Below, one piece after another: positions 46,785 to 60,800 of a DNA stretch of 64,000 nucleotides. Below the pieces are notes generated by a model. It was not told the origin of the DNA. It saw only the letters and a list, made by a program, of their open reading frames with translations, and searched no databases. The stretch's first letter is position 1. Every line of letters starts with the position of its first letter. Made by a program: the position numbers and the translations under genes. Location: the NCBI GenBank assembly GCA_002269645.1, contig NIVC01002293.1:184259-248258 (forward strand), in the 5' to 3' direction. Source of the stretch: Macrostomum lignano (lineage: Eukaryota).

Positions 46785-49775
46785 GTTGATTGGGTATTTA
46801 CCTGGGTTACCGGTTGATTGGCTATTTACCTGGGTTACCGGTTGATTGGCTATTTACCTGGGTTACCAGTTGTTTGGGTATTTACCTGGGTTACCGGTTG
46901 ATTGGGTATTTACATGGGTTACCGGTTGATCGGGTATTTACCTAGGTTACCGGTTGAATGGCTATTTACCTGGGTTACCGGTTAATTGGCTATTTACCTG
47001 GGTTACCGGTTGATTGGCTATTTACCTGGGTTACCGGTTGATTGGCTATTTACCTAGGTTACCGGTTGATTGGGTATTTACCTGGGTTACCGGTTGATTG
47101 GCTATTTACCTGGGTTACCGGTTGATTGGCTATTTACCTAGGTTACCGGTTGATTGGCTATTTACCTAGGTTACCGGTTGATTGGGTATTTACCTGGGTT
47201 ACCGGTTAATTGGGTATTTACCTGGGTTACCGGTTGATTGGGTATTTACCTGGGTTACCGGTTAATAACATGTCGTTTACAGTGCAAGCCAGGGCCCTGC
47301 ATATCCATACACATATACTGAACTATAATAAGTGTCATCTGTCTCCCACAGTTTCCTCACATCCCATCATCCCATTGAGTATCGCGCGCTTCTCTACGCT
47401 TCGGTGTCGGCAAGTCTGTCTGATATTTTTGATTAAAATAAAATAAAATGCTATTATTCCTACTTTAAGTAGCTTCAGAGCGCAGAAGTGCAAAGATTAA
47501 ATAGGGCTCCGTAGTCTATGCTAATATTAATATGCATCTATTTTAAATTGCCTTTGCTTTTCAGCGCTTTTATTGATTCGTGTAAATTATATAATTAACA
47601 AATTAATATCATATTGTATTACTATTAGCATACTACTGCAATAGTGTCGCACATTCAGTTGCGCAAGTTTGCAGATTTCAGAAGCGGTTTTCTCAAATCT
47701 CAGATCTTGGTGGTCCTTCCCCGCTTTGGTGGTTTATTTGCACCTGTGTCCTTGCTGTCCAGGCTCTAAATATAACGCTTTATATTTTATCACTGATGCA
47801 CGCCAACATTATTCATGATATTTATGAGCATACAGTTGCTGCTACTGACACAAAAATACCCGCAGAGCTGGTCTTTGTCATGCCAGTTTTTTATTGCAAA
47901 TATCGGCTTACTTGAACATGCAAACATGCTGCAAAAAACACTGCATTAAGTTCTGACCTCTCTGTCCTCTCCTCTGACCTCTCTTTGTCCTCTCCTCTCT
48001 GACCTCCCTTCTCTGACCTCTCTTTGTCCTCTCCTCTCTGACCTCTCTGTCCTCTCCTCTGACCTCCCCTCTCTGACCTCTCTTTGCCCTCTCCTCTCTG
48101 ACCTCCCCTCTCTGACCTCTCTTTGTCTTCTCCTCTGACCTCCCTCTGACCTCTCTTTGTCTTCTCCTCTGACCTCCCTCTGACCTCTCTTTGCCCTCTC
48201 CTCTCTGACCTCCCCTCTCTGACCTCTCTTTGTCTTCTCTGACCTCCCTCTGACCTCTCTTTGTCCTCTCCTCTCTTACCTCCCCTCTCTGACCTCTCTT
48301 TGTCCTCTCCCCTCTGACCTCCCCTCTCTGAACTCTCTTTGTCCTCTCCTCTCTGACCTCCCTTCTCTGACCTCTGTCCTCTCCTCTGTGACCTCCCCTG
48401 TGACCTTCCCTTTCTGATCTCCCCTCTCTGACCTCTCTTCTCTGACCTATCCTCTCTGACCTCTTCTGACCTCTTCTGTCTGACCCCTCCCCTCTGACCT
48501 TTCCCCTCTGACCTCCCCTATTTGACCTTCTCTCTGACCTACCCCCTCTGACCTCCCATTTCATCCCTTCTGACCTCCCCCCTGCCGTCCCATCTGTGAC
48601 TTCACCCTTTTTGACCCCTCTCTCACCCACAATCTCAGACCCCTCTCTGATGGACACGGAAGTAGATTCAGACCGGGGTGGAAACCCCTGCTGACATTGC
48701 AGTGTCCCTAACAAGTCACGCGCCTTCCTTAATTTTCTCTTTTGACAAAGTAACGAAAGCTTAACACAGAAAAGCACCGTAAGAATGGGCGGAGCTTTGC
48801 AATGCAATGAATAGAGTTGCTATATTTAATCACAGCTTCTTCGCAAAAAAACTGTGTAATCTGAATCCATCTGGCTCTATTTTAAGGATAATATTAGGAA
48901 TAAATAGGGGCAATCCGCAAGATATTTATCGTATGCGCATCACAGCGGTTGGAACAGACACATTGCTATTTGCCTGCCAATGTAATAGAATATATGAAAA
49001 ATAGTTTCTTCAATCCCTTAGAATTACAATACTTTGTAAGCTTTGCTCCCGCCACCAGAAATCCGCACAGGTTAATAAGCAGTTTGTATTGTCTCTTTCA
49101 TTATTGAAGTTTTTCATTGCTCGCTCGAAACTCGAACTCACGGCTTGAGTCCGGCCGAGCACTTGCAGCCCTCGATGGCGTACAGAGTCAGCTGCATGCT
49201 GCCGCCGTCCGTGCAGGCCGCCGTGATGGCCGGCTTGGCCCGGTAGCCCGTCGGGTTGCAGCAGGAGCACTCGCCCATCACCTTCACCGTGCCCTGCAGT
49301 GGTGCAGTGGGGCAGCTGTGCGATTCACTGGATTCCTGCTGGTGCCTCTCCGATCAGTGCCTGAGAATCTGCCTCCCCGATCAGTGCCTGAGAATCTGCC
49401 TCCCCGATCAGTGCCTGAGAATCTGCCTCTCCCTCAGTGCCTGAGAATCTGCCTCTCCGCTCTCCCTCAGTGCCTGAGAATCTGCCTCTCCGCTCTCCCT
49501 CAGTGCCTGAGAATCTGCCTCTCCGCTCTCCCTCAGTGCCTGAGAATCTGCCTCTCCCTCAGTGACTGAGAATCTGTCTCCCTCAGTGCCTGAGAATCTG
49601 CCTCTCCGCTCTCCCTCAGTGCCTGAGAATCTGCCTCTCCGCTCTCCCTCAGTGCCTGAGAATCTGCCTCTCCCTCAGTGACTGAGAATCTGCCTCTCCT
49701 TCAGTGCTTGAGAATCTGCCTCTCCCTCAGCCTGAGAATCTGCCTCTCCTTCAGTGCCTGAGAATCTGCCTCTCT
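46785..49775. repeat. Minisatellites between and within the convergent 3' ends (duplicated at +7255)
   Basis: 28-bp GGTTACCGGTTGATTGGGTATTTACCTG (46785-47265), CTCTGACCT family (47945-48600), CAGTGCCTGAGAATCTGCCTCTCC family (49345-49775). Confidence 0.9.
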
Positions 49776-49866
49776 TAGGCACTGCCCATTAGGCTACCCA
49801 CATCAAGGCTCGGACTCACCTGCTCAGTGACGTGCACAGAGTTGCTACCCGGACAGGCGCCTACGC
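49138..49866 (-). pseudogene. Orphan duplicate of the mucin-like gene 3' end (terminal CTCK exon 49335-49138 plus a 47-nt truncated penultimate exon)
   Basis: Identical to 56393-57121, but the penultimate exon is cut at the duplication junction and lacks its acceptor. Confidence 0.85.
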
Positions 49867-52800
49867 TTTTGGGATTTTGGAGATGTTTAGGGATTTTGGA
49901 GAGTTTTTAGGGATTCTAGAAAGTTTTTTGGGATTTTGGAGAGTTTTTAGGGATTTTGGAAAGTTTTTAGGGATTCTAGAAAGTTTTTTGGGATTTTGGA
50001 GATGTTTAGGGATTTTGGAGAGTTTTTAGGGATTCTAGAAAGTTTTTTGGGATTTTGGAGATGTTTAGGGATTTTGGAGAGTTTTTAGGGATTCTAGAAA
50101 GTTTTTTGGGATTTTGGAGATGTTTAGGGATTTTGGAGAAAGTTTTTTGGGATTTTGGAGATGTTTAGGGATTTCGGAGAGTTTTTAGGTATTTTGGAGA
50201 GTTTTTAGGGATTCTAGAAAGTTTTTGGGATTTTGGAGATGTTTAGGGATTTCGGAGAGTTTTTAGGGATTTTGGGGAGTTTTTAGGGATTCTAGAAAGT
50301 TTTTTGGGATTTTGGAGATGTTTAGGGATTTCGGAGAGTTTTTAGGGATTTTGGGGAGTTTTTAGGGATGTTGGAGGGTTTTTAGAGATGTTGGAGGCAG
50401 TGGTCCCAGTGAGGCGCGAATGCTCAAATTTTACAGCAATGGCGCGAATTTTTCGCAACTGATTGGCGCGAAATTTTTGAAAGTTCATGCTTCTACGAAG
50501 GGTGTCCCTAAAGTTCCCGGAATTTCTATCATTGCTCCACAGTTACTAATCATATTTTCACGTCCTTGGTGTTAAACGAAAGATAAATTTCTCATAAAAA
50601 TGTAGCTTTTTGAATCACGTCAATATGTCTAAGCATCTCTTTGCTACACATAAAATGTTCGCTAAGGTCGGTACTAGGGTTACACATCCTCGAGTACATT
50701 TTGAAGTTATTTTGTTCGTGGTAAATGGATTTAAATTCGTGCCACAAACGTGTAAAACTTGTCAATGTCTATGGCCTGGCCTGCGGACATCAAAATCTTA
50801 GGAACAAGTGGCGTCGTTCTGGCGAGAACATGATAATGCTCCACCCCATACTGCGGAAAGACGAAGATTTAGGAGGAAGATCGAAGCAGTTTAACTTTGA
50901 GTTGCTGCCTCACCCGCCATACTCGCCAGATTTGGCACCTGCCAATTTTGCAATTTTCCCCCAAATAAAGAAAATTCTTCGCGGCTGGGTTTTTCAAAAC
51001 CGAAGTGAACTTGAAAGCCTCACTCGCCACGTCATCCTCTACGAAATGCCTCTCTCTGCGTTTGCCGAGGCCATCAACGCCATGTGGTCCAGGTGGCAGA
51101 AGTGTGTGCATTTGGATGGCAACTATGTGGAGAAGCCACAGGCCGAGTTGGATGAGTAAATTTACAATTGCACTATTCTTACTGCTGACTAACTTGAGAT
51201 TCGGTCAAAGTTACTGATTAAAATTATCCACGTTTCTTTTCTTCACTGTTTTACGAATATCACTGTTTTTATTCCAAAGGCTCTCGAGGATGTGTAACCC
51301 TAGTAAGGACCTTTAGAACATGGAAGAACAACCAAAGGGGATAATTGGGAATATTATGTCAACTTAAGTTAAAAAAATAGAGTCCCTAATTATCCCCTCT
51401 CTTTCTCTTCTCTATCCCAAGTCCAACTTTTGTCACTTGCCGAACCCAGCTTTCTGGTGTCACTGTGAGCAGAATGACATCATTTGTGTACATGGTTACT
51501 TGGGCTCCACTTTATGAGCTTAAGTTGACAAGCCCTTTTTATTTGTAATCCTTGGTTGCTGGAATCATTAATTTCTGAAAGCAATGTAGGTGGTAGACTA
51601 AAATTGACTATCAGGTGGTTGTGGTTGCATCAAACATCAACACGGTTTGCACTTTCGCTGACATTTTTGTCACAGTGTAGCGCGTACCTAAAAGAATTAC
51701 AGTGCACCCTTTTCAAGGTTGTGCGCGCCATATGATTTTGATCTATGCACGAAAAAAAATAGAATGGTGCGAAAAATCTGTGCCCTACTCGCTGGGACCA
51801 CTGGTTGGAGGGTTTTTAGGGATGTTGGAGGGTTTTTAGGGATGTTGGAGGGTTTTTAGGGATGTTGGAGGGTTTTTAGGGATGTTGGAGGGTTTTTAGG
51901 GATGTTGGAGGGTTTTTAGGGATGTTGGAGGGTTTTTAGGGATGTTGGAGGGTTTTTAGGGATGTTGGAGGGTTTTTAGGGATGTTGGAGGGTTTTTAGG
52001 GATGTTGGAGGGTTTTTAGGGAAGTTGCAAATTGAAGAGCATATCGGAATTTTACGACTGTACTACAAACACTTTTAAAAATCTTCAAGATTTCCATAAG
52101 CCGAGGGAAGCACCCTGGTTACACAGCTGTAGGTTGCAAAGTTACAAAAAAGTTATTTAACACAGCGCAGCCAATCTTTGCCGAAGTGCAGAACAATTAA
52201 TAATACATTGCTCGCTTCGGTGACAAATGCTCTGCCAAATTATATTTTGAAGGCGCCTTCTGCTGTTTTGCTGGCGGGGCCCTCTTTTTACCCGCGCGCA
52301 CTGCCCGCTGTTTAAGTCTCAGCACATCTGGCTGCTTGGCGAGTGCGATGGGACAGTCTGGCTCTCTTGTAGTCTGGGAAGCTGCCGATTGTTCGAGGGT
52401 TGCTGGCTCGTCCGAGATGAGAGCTGGGGTAGAGTACCGTAGGAAGGATTGAGGGAGAGTAGAGAGGATTGAGGGAGAGTAGAGGTGATTGGGGGAGAGT
52501 AGAGGTGATTGGGGGAGAGTGGAGGTGATTGGGGGAGAGTAGAGAGGATTGGGGGAGAGTAGAGGTGATTGGGGGAGAGTAGAGGTGATTGGGGGAGAGT
52601 GGAGGTGATTGGGGGAGAGTAGAGGTGATTGGGGGAGAGTAGAGAGGATTGGGGGAGAGTAGAGATTGGGGGAGAGTAAAGAGGATTGGGGAGAGTAGAG
52701 ATTGGGGGAGAGTAGAGAGGATTGGGGGAGAGTAGAAGGATTGGGGGAGAGTAGAGAGGATTGGGGGAGAGTAGAGAGGATTGGGGGAGAGTAGAGATTG

Positions 52801-53395
52801 GGGGAGAGTAGAGATTGGGGAGAGTAGAGAGGATTGGGGAGAGTAGAAGGATTGGGGGAGAGTAGAGAGGATTGGGGGAGAGTGGAGGTGATTGGGGGAG
52901 ATTAGAGAGGATTGGGGGAGAGTAGAGATTGGGGGAGAGTAGAGATTGGGGGAGAGTAGAGATTGGGGGAGAGTAGAGAGGATTGGGGAGAGTAGAGATT
53001 GGGGAGAGTAGAGAGGATTGGGGAGAGTAGAGATTGGGGAGAGTAGAGAGGATTGGGGGAGAGTAGAGGTGATTGGGGGAGATAGGGAAGTTTGGGGAAG
53101 AGTAGAGATGATGGGGATAGATCAGAGATGGTGGGAAGAGATGGGAGATGGTGGGAAGATATGAAAAAACATGGGGAGAGATGAGATGATGAGAAAGTAG
53201 GAGATGATATGTAGAGACAGAAAAGACAGGGAGAGATGAGAGAAGATTAAGAGAGAGAGTGGAGACAATGGGAGAGAGTATAGAGAGTTGGGAAGAGAAG
53301 GGAGCATAGAGTGGAGAGCTCTATACAATAGGGCATCAATCACCCAGCAGTGCCGTGCATGCAGTTCACTGCAACCCCCCCCTCGGCAACTCCAG

Positions 53396-53890
53396 GGCCC
53401 CGTGTCGGCCGTGGCCACCCATCGCGCCACCGGCCCAGTCGATCTCGGCCACATCGTCCTGTCGGCCTCGTTCGACTGGACTGTCCGCCTTTGGTCTCTC
53501 CGCGACCTCGGCACGGTTCACGTGTTCGAGGAGACCTCCGACTACGTGATGGACCTGTGCTGGTCGCCGGTGAACCCGGCCCTGTTCTGCGCCGCTGACG
53601 CCCTCGGCCGGCTGGACTTCTGGCAGCTGAACTTGGACACCGAGCAGGCCGCCGCCAGGGCCCAGTGCGACGCGGCCGTCAACCGTTGCCGGTTCAGCGA
53701 CTCCGGCCTGCTGCTCGGCGCCGGCGACCACCTCGGCCGGCTGACCGTGTTCGAGCTGGCGGACAGCCTGGCCTCGCCGCGCCAGGAGGAATGGAAGCTG
53801 CTTGGCCGGACCCTGCACGAGCTCAAGCAGGCCACCGCTGAGCTCGCTGCCGCCGAGCAGGACCCGCCCGGCGTCGGCCCAATTCGCTGA
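53396..53890 (+). CDS. Duplicate terminal exon of the dynein intermediate chain
   Basis: The ORF-track translation is identical to the 46141-46635 exon, and the acceptor CTCCAG|GGC is intact. Confidence 0.85.
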   Translation, partial: GPVSAVATHRATGPVDLGHIVLSASFDWTVRLWSLRDLGTVHVFEETSDYVMDLCWSPVNPALFCAADALGRLDFWQLNLDTEQAAARAQCDAAVNRCRFSDSGLLLGAGDHLGRLTVFELADSLASPRQEEWKLLGRTLHELKQATAELAAAEQDPPGVGPIR

Positions 53891-56392
53891 GTCGGCCGCG
53901 CCTGGGGGACTCGAACTCGGGACCTTCTTTGACTTGGGGGTTGCTGGGTCTGCCGGTTTTTTGCTATTTTTCTTTGGTTACCCGGTATTGATATTCCTAA
54001 GCTTGCAGGGTGTTTTGTTGGGGTCTGTTTGGGTTACCGGTTGATTGGGTATTTACCTGGGTTACCGGTTGATTGGCTATTTACCTGGGTTACCGGTTGA
54101 TTGGCTATTTACCTGGGTTACCAGTTGATTGGGTATTTACCTGGGTTACCGGTTGATTGGGTATTTACATGGGTTACCGGTTGATCGGGTATTTACCTAG
54201 GTTACCGGTTGAATGGCTATTTACCTGGGTTACCGGTTAATTGGCTATTTACCTGGGTTACCGGTTGATTGGCTATTTACCTGGGTTACCGGTTGATTGG
54301 CTATTTACCTAGGTTACCGGTTGATTGGGTATTTACCTGGGTTACCGGTTGATTGGCTATTTACCTGGGTTACCGGTTGATTGGCTATTTACCTAGGTTA
54401 CCGGTTGATTGGCTATTTACCTAGGTTACCGGTTGATTGGGTATTTACCTGGGTTACCGGTTAATTGGGTATTTACCTGGGTTACCGGTTGATTGGGTAT
54501 TTACCTGGGTTACCGGTTAATAACATGTCGTTTACAGTGCAAGCCAGGGCCCTGCATATCCATACACATATACTGAACTATAATAAGTGTCATCTGTCTC
54601 CCACAGTTTCCTCACATCCCATCATCCCATTGAGTATCGCGCGCTTCTCTACGCTTCGGTGTCGGCAAGTCTGTCTGATATTTTTGATTAAAATAAAATA
54701 AAATGCTATTATTCCTACTTTAAGTAGCTTCAGAGCGCAGAAGTGCAAAGATTAAATAGGGCTCCGTAGTCTATGCTAATATTAATATGCATCTATTTTA
54801 AATTGCCTTTGCTTTTCAGCGCTTTTATTGATTCGTGTAAATTATATAATTAACAAATTAATATCATATTGTATTACTATTAGCATACTACTGCAATAGT
54901 GTCGCACATTCAGTTGCGCAAGTTTGCAGATTTCAGAAGCGGTTTTCTCAAATCTCAGATCTTGGTGGTCCTTCCCCGCTTTGGTGGTTTATTTGCACCT
55001 GTGTCCTTGCTGTCCAGGCTCTAAATATAACGCTTTATATTTTATCACTGATGCACGCCAACATTATTCATGATATTTATGAGCATACAGTTGCTGCTAC
55101 TGACACAAGACTGCCCGCAGAGCTGGTCTTTGTCATGCCAGTTTTTTATTGCAAATATCGGCTTACTTGAACATGCAAACATGCTGCAAAAAACACTGCA
55201 TTAAGTTCTGACCTCTCTGTCCTCTCCTCTGACCTCTCTTTGTCCTCTCCTCTCTGACCTCCCTTCTCTGACCTCTCTTTGTCCTCTCCTCTCTGACCTC
55301 TCTGTCCTCTCCTCTGACCTCCCCTCTCTGACCTCTCTTTGCCCTCTCCTCTCTGACCTCCCCTCTCTGACCTCTCTTTGTCTTCTCCTCTGACCTCCCT
55401 CTGACCTCTCTTTGTCTTCTCCTCTGACCTCCCTCTGACCTCTCTTTGCCCTCTCCTCTCTGACCTCCCCTCTCTGACCTCTCTTTGTCTTCTCTGACCT
55501 CCCTCTGACCTCTCTTTGTCCTCTCCTCTCTTACCTCCCCTCTCTGACCTCTCTTTGTCCTCTCCCCTCTGACCTCCCCTCTCTGAACTCTCTTTGTCCT
55601 CTCCTCTCTGACCTCCCTTCTCTGACCTCTGTCCTCTCCTCTGTGACCTCCCCTGTGACCTTCCCTTTCTGATCTCCCCTCTCTGACCTCTCTTCTCTGA
55701 CCTATCCTCTCTGACCTCTTCTGACCTCTTCTGTCTGACCCCTCCCCTCTGACCTTTCCCCTCTGACCTCCCCTATTTGACCTTCTCTCTGACCTACCCC
55801 CCTCTGACCTCCCATTTCATCCCTTCTGACCTCCCCCCTGCCGTCCCATCTGTGACTTCACCCTTTTTGACCCCTCTCTCACCACAATCTCAGACCCCTC
55901 TCTGATGGACACGGAAGTAGATTCAGACCGGGGTGGAAACCCCTGCTGACATTGCAGTGTCCCTAACAAGTCACGCGCCTTCCTTAATTTTCTCTTTTGA
56001 CAAAGTAACGAAAGCTTAACACAGAAAAGCACCGTAAGAATGGGCGGAGCTTTGCAATGCAATGAATAGAGTTGCTATATTTAATCACAGCTTCTTCGCA
56101 AAAAAACTGTGTAATCTGAATCCATCTGGCTCTATTTTAAGGATAATATTAGGAATAAATAGGGGCAATCCGCAAGATATTTATCGTATGCGCATCACAG
56201 CGGTTGGAACAGACACATTGCTATTTGCCTGCCAATGTAATAGAATATATGAAAAATAGTTTCTTCAATCCCTTAGAATTACAATACTTTGTAAGCTTTG
56301 CTCCCGCCACCAGAAATCCGCACAGGTTAATAAGCAGTTTGTATTGTCTCTTTCATTATTGAAGTTTTTCATTGCTCGCTCGAAACTCGAAC

Positions 56393-57595
56393 TCACGGCT
56401 TGAGTCCGGCCGAGCACTTGCAGCCCTCGATGGCGTACAGAGTCAGCTGCATGCTGCCGCCGTCCGTGCAGGCCGCCGTGATGGCCGGCTTGGCCCGGTA
56501 GCCCGTCGGGTTGCAGCAGGAGCACTCGCCCATCACCTTCACCGTGCCCTGCAGTGGTGCAGTGGGGCAGCTGTGCGATTCACTGGATTCCTGCTGGTGC
56601 CTCTCCGATCAGTGCCTGAGAATCTGCCTCCCCGATCAGTGCCTGAGAATCTGCCTCCCCGATCAGTGCCTGAGAATCTGCCTCTCCCTCAGTGCCTGAG
56701 AATCTGCCTCTCCGCTCTCCCTCAGTGCCTGAGAATCTGCCTCTCCGCTCTCCCTCAGTGCCTGAGAATCTGCCTCTCCGCTCTCCCTCAGTGCCTGAGA
56801 ATCTGCCTCTCCCTCAGTGACTGAGAATCTGTCTCCCTCAGTGCCTGAGAATCTGCCTCTCCGCTCTCCCTCAGTGCCTGAGAATCTGCCTCTCCGCTCT
56901 CCCTCAGTGCCTGAGAATCTGCCTCTCCCTCAGTGACTGAGAATCTGCCTCTCCTTCAGTGCTTGAGAATCTGCCTCTCCCTCAGCCTGAGAATCTGCCT
57001 CTCCTTCAGTGCCTGAGAATCTGCCTCTCTTAGGCACTGCCCATTAGGCTACCCACATCAAGGCTCGGACTCACCTGCTCAGTGACGTGCACAGAGTTGC
57101 TACCCGGACAGGCGCCTACGCACCGGTCGATGCTGACTGGGGTAGCGAACCGGCAGAAGCGGCCGTTTGGACGTTTGGCCTCCCTCAGCAACGTGCTGCC
57201 CCTGGCGCAGGCCCGCAGGCTGGCCCGGTAGCAGCAGCCGGACTTGTCCATCACCCGCTGCGCCTCGGATCCGGCGGTGCCGGCCTGCACCTCGTCGGAC
57301 AGCGTGCAGGGCGGCACCTCGGAGAGTTCGAGCGGCTGTGTTGACAACTGGCCATGAAGGCAAAGCCGCTTGCTGCAGTTGGCCCGGTCCACGTCCACAC
57401 GGCCGCTGGGCCAGGCGACGCCGTTCACCTGTTAGTCAGTTAGTTAGTTAGTTAGTCATCTAGTTAGCTATTTAGCTATTTAGCTAGGTTAGTTAGTTAG
57501 TTAGTTAGCTTGTTAGTTAGTTAGTTAGTTAGTCAGTCAGTCATCTAGTTAGCTATTTAGCTATTTAGCTAGGTTAGTTAGTTAGTTAGTTAGTC

Positions 57596-57637
<42 letters not shown>

Positions 57638-57772
57638 CTTGTTAGTTAGTTAGTTAGTCAGTTAAGCTAGTTAGTTAGTTAGTCAGTTAGTTAGTTAGCT
57701 AGTTAGCTAGTTAGTTAGTTAGTTAGCTTGTTAGTTAGTCAGTTAGTTAGTTAGCTAGTTAGCTAGTTAGTC

Positions 57773-57818
<46 letters not shown>

Positions 57819-60800
57819 CTAGTTAGCTAGTTAGCCCACAACCGCCGCCGCCCGCCGCTCACCTGGCAGGCGAAGCAGTCCTGGATGCTGACGCAGCTGC
57901 CGTTGGCGTTCCTGGCCATGCCCGGCTTGCACTGGCAACCCGGCTGGCAGTTGGACTGCGGCTGCGCGAGCTCCGGGTTCAGCAGCTGGGCGCAGGTGGT
58001 CTCGCATCGGCCGGTGTCCACGTACGCGTCATTGGGGTTGCAGCAGGCACCCTCGTCGCCGAAGCAGTCGGTGACGCGGCTGGTCGGCCCGACGCACTCG
58101 GCACCGCCGTTGGCAGCTGGGGTTGCGATGGATCTGAGGGGAGGTCGGGTCCAGAGTTCAGTGTCTAATAATGGCTCTCTGTCCAGGGTTCAGTGTCTAA
58201 TAATGGCTCTCTGTCCAGGGTTCAGTGTCCACTGGCTGTTGGTCACAGGGTCTGAGGCGTATCCAGAGCCAGTCTCTACGAATTTACCTGGTCCAGGTCT
58301 GCTTGCCGGAGCCGCAGGTGACGTTGCAGCCGCCAACTTTCTGCCAAGCCGACCAGACACAGTCCTGGGCGCAGCTCTTCTCCTCGCAGACGAACTGGCC
58401 GCTGACGCAGGTGCACTTGTTGCAGGCCTTGTTCACCACCGAGCCCGGCGGCATCAGGCGGCTCGCGTTCTCCGGATGCTCGCAGCTGCACTCGGCCACC
58501 GCCACGCAGGTGTCGGCCTCCCTGACCTTGTCTCCAGCGCAGCCGCAGCCCTGCATGCAGCCGACGTCCTGGCACTGCTTGTTGGCGCGCACATCAGAGC
58601 AAGTTCGCCAGCACTTGGTGGCGCAGCTGATGAGAGTCTCTGGGCCGGAGCAGACGGTCTCGTTGCAGGGCATCAGCACGGGCTCGAACTCGTGGTCTCG
58701 ACACGCCTGGCCTCCGTTGGCCGCCGGCCGCAGCACTGGCCGGGTTCTCTCCCGCTCGCCAACGCCGCAGCTGGGATTGCAGCCGGTGCCGACGCAGTTC
58801 TTGACTCGCTCGCTCCAGGCGGACCACTGGCCTACCAGACAGTCCACTTTGCACTGCTTGCTGCACGGAACAACTTCGTAAGTTGACGGACAGGCCTTGC
58901 CACCGTTGGCCGCCTGTCTGGTGATCTGGCGGAGCCGCAGCTGTTGGCCGGTGGCGGTGGGGTTGACGCCGTCACAGTTGGCATAGCAGGTGCCGTTAGT
59001 CCAGTCGGAGACTTGGCAGTCGACTGGTGGGGCGCAATCCTGCCGGTTGCAGGACTGCTGATCGGCGTCCATGCGGCCCCTGGCGTCCGGAGCGCAGCTG
59101 CGCGTGTCGTTGACGCACAGGCGGACGCAGGCGCGGCTCCGGCGCTTGGTGCCCGTGCCGCACGGCGCGCTGCAGGCTGAGAATTCCGACCAATCAGACC
59201 ACTGCGGCGCCGGATTCGACGCGTCGTCTGGGCGTTTCGGCATGCACTCGGGCCTGCCGGTGAAGTAGCTGCAGTAGCAGATCTCGCAGGGGTTCTCGGA
59301 GGGCATGGTTTCGCCAGGCGGCACCCGGTTGCCGAAGCGGTCCAAGCAGCCTGGGCAGCGGCCCGTATTGCATGGCTCTGACTCAGAGGCGAGGCCAACG
59401 CAGGCTCGACCGGTGCCGCGACGGCTGGTAGCCTGGGCCCGGGTTCGAGTCCTTGAGCCGCCGTCGCAGGCCTTCGAGCAGGGCTCCCAGTCTGACCAGG
59501 GTCCCCAGGTGCAGTCGCAGTTTTTGTTGGCACGCAGGTGGCAACGCCGTTGACGCAGCGGCCCTGCGAGCAGAGGCCGCAGCTCAGGGTGGTCAGGTCG
59601 CAGGTGCACTGGTCCGGCTTCACGCAGGCCCGGGCTTTCTCGTCGAACACGAAGCCTTGCTCGCAGAAGCAGCCAGTTGAGCAGGCCAGCTGGTCTGAAC
59701 AGGTCTCGTTAGTGACATGACCACAGGTGTAAGGGCAGGACGTGGTGCTGCACTGTCGCATCACCTTGCCCTCGGAGCAGCTTGGCGAAGTAGTGGTCGA
59801 GCCGCACGGATGAACGTTGCACAGGGCTGTCTCGGTGGTTGCGTCCTCTAGCAGGCAGTCGCCCTGGGGCGTCCTCGTCCGGGTCTTTACTCCGCCGTTG
59901 CAGGTCTGAGAGCAGTCGGACCAGGCAGACCACTGACTCCACACGCACGGACATCTCTGAGTGTTGCACAGCTCAAATTCCTGAATAATTGAACAATTCA
60001 AAGAATTAGTTCAGAACACACGACTGTTTTATCTACAATAAGCTAGCGGCTTCAACTATAGCACCGGTCTGTACTGAATAAGACGGATCTCACGTCGACT
60101 AAGGCTTCAGATAGAATGAAACTGTCTTCGAATATGTCTTCAGAGATTAGCAGTTAATAACGGGAATGTCTAAACAGCCTGTAAAGTAGCCAGGGAGACT
60201 GGTGCGAAATCTCCCCTATATTTGGCTAGTCAGACAAACTATCGATTGCTAACGGAGCTCGGCTCCATTCCGTTGTAGGAACGGATTTTGGACACAGCTT
60301 ACCTGGAAGTCTTTAGGCTGACACGGCTCGCCGCCGAACCGAGCAGGAGAAGCGACGGTGCGATTTCTGTACCGAACACCGGTGCCGCAGGTCGATGAGC
60401 AGGAGCCCCACGGCTTCCACTGGCCCCACTGACAATCGTTCGAGCAGTTCGTCTTACTGCACCGGAGAGCGCCATTGCTGCAGCTGCACTGGCCGCAGTC
60501 TATCCGAATAACCACACCAGACTCCAGCATGTCACCTTCATTAATCTTTTCTAAAGGAGAGGACAAACCTGAGGTGCCGTCCAACTCAACCCAAACGTCT
60601 CTTGGATAAGACTCAGACAACTGCAACTCCTTGGAGACTTCGCTCATAGCCACCATGCACTCGCAGTCACCGCGAGCAAGACATGGAGGAGGAGTCGCTA
60701 AAAAACGGTTTTCAAATAATTAGAATTCGTATGTTTAGCACTATCAAGAACAAAATAATAATATAAAACAAATACTCACTCGGCTCAATCATCACACATG

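Larger units (their letters stand above)
42662..57121. repeat. Direct tandem segmental duplication: 42662-49866 (7205 bp) and 49867-57121 (7255 bp)
   Basis: ORF pairs are offset by 7205 (43520/50725) and then 7255 (46033/53288, 49117/56372). The junction GGCGCCTACGC|TTTTGGGATTTTGG at 49866/49867 joins a mucin exon to the dynein-intron satellite. Confidence 0.95.
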
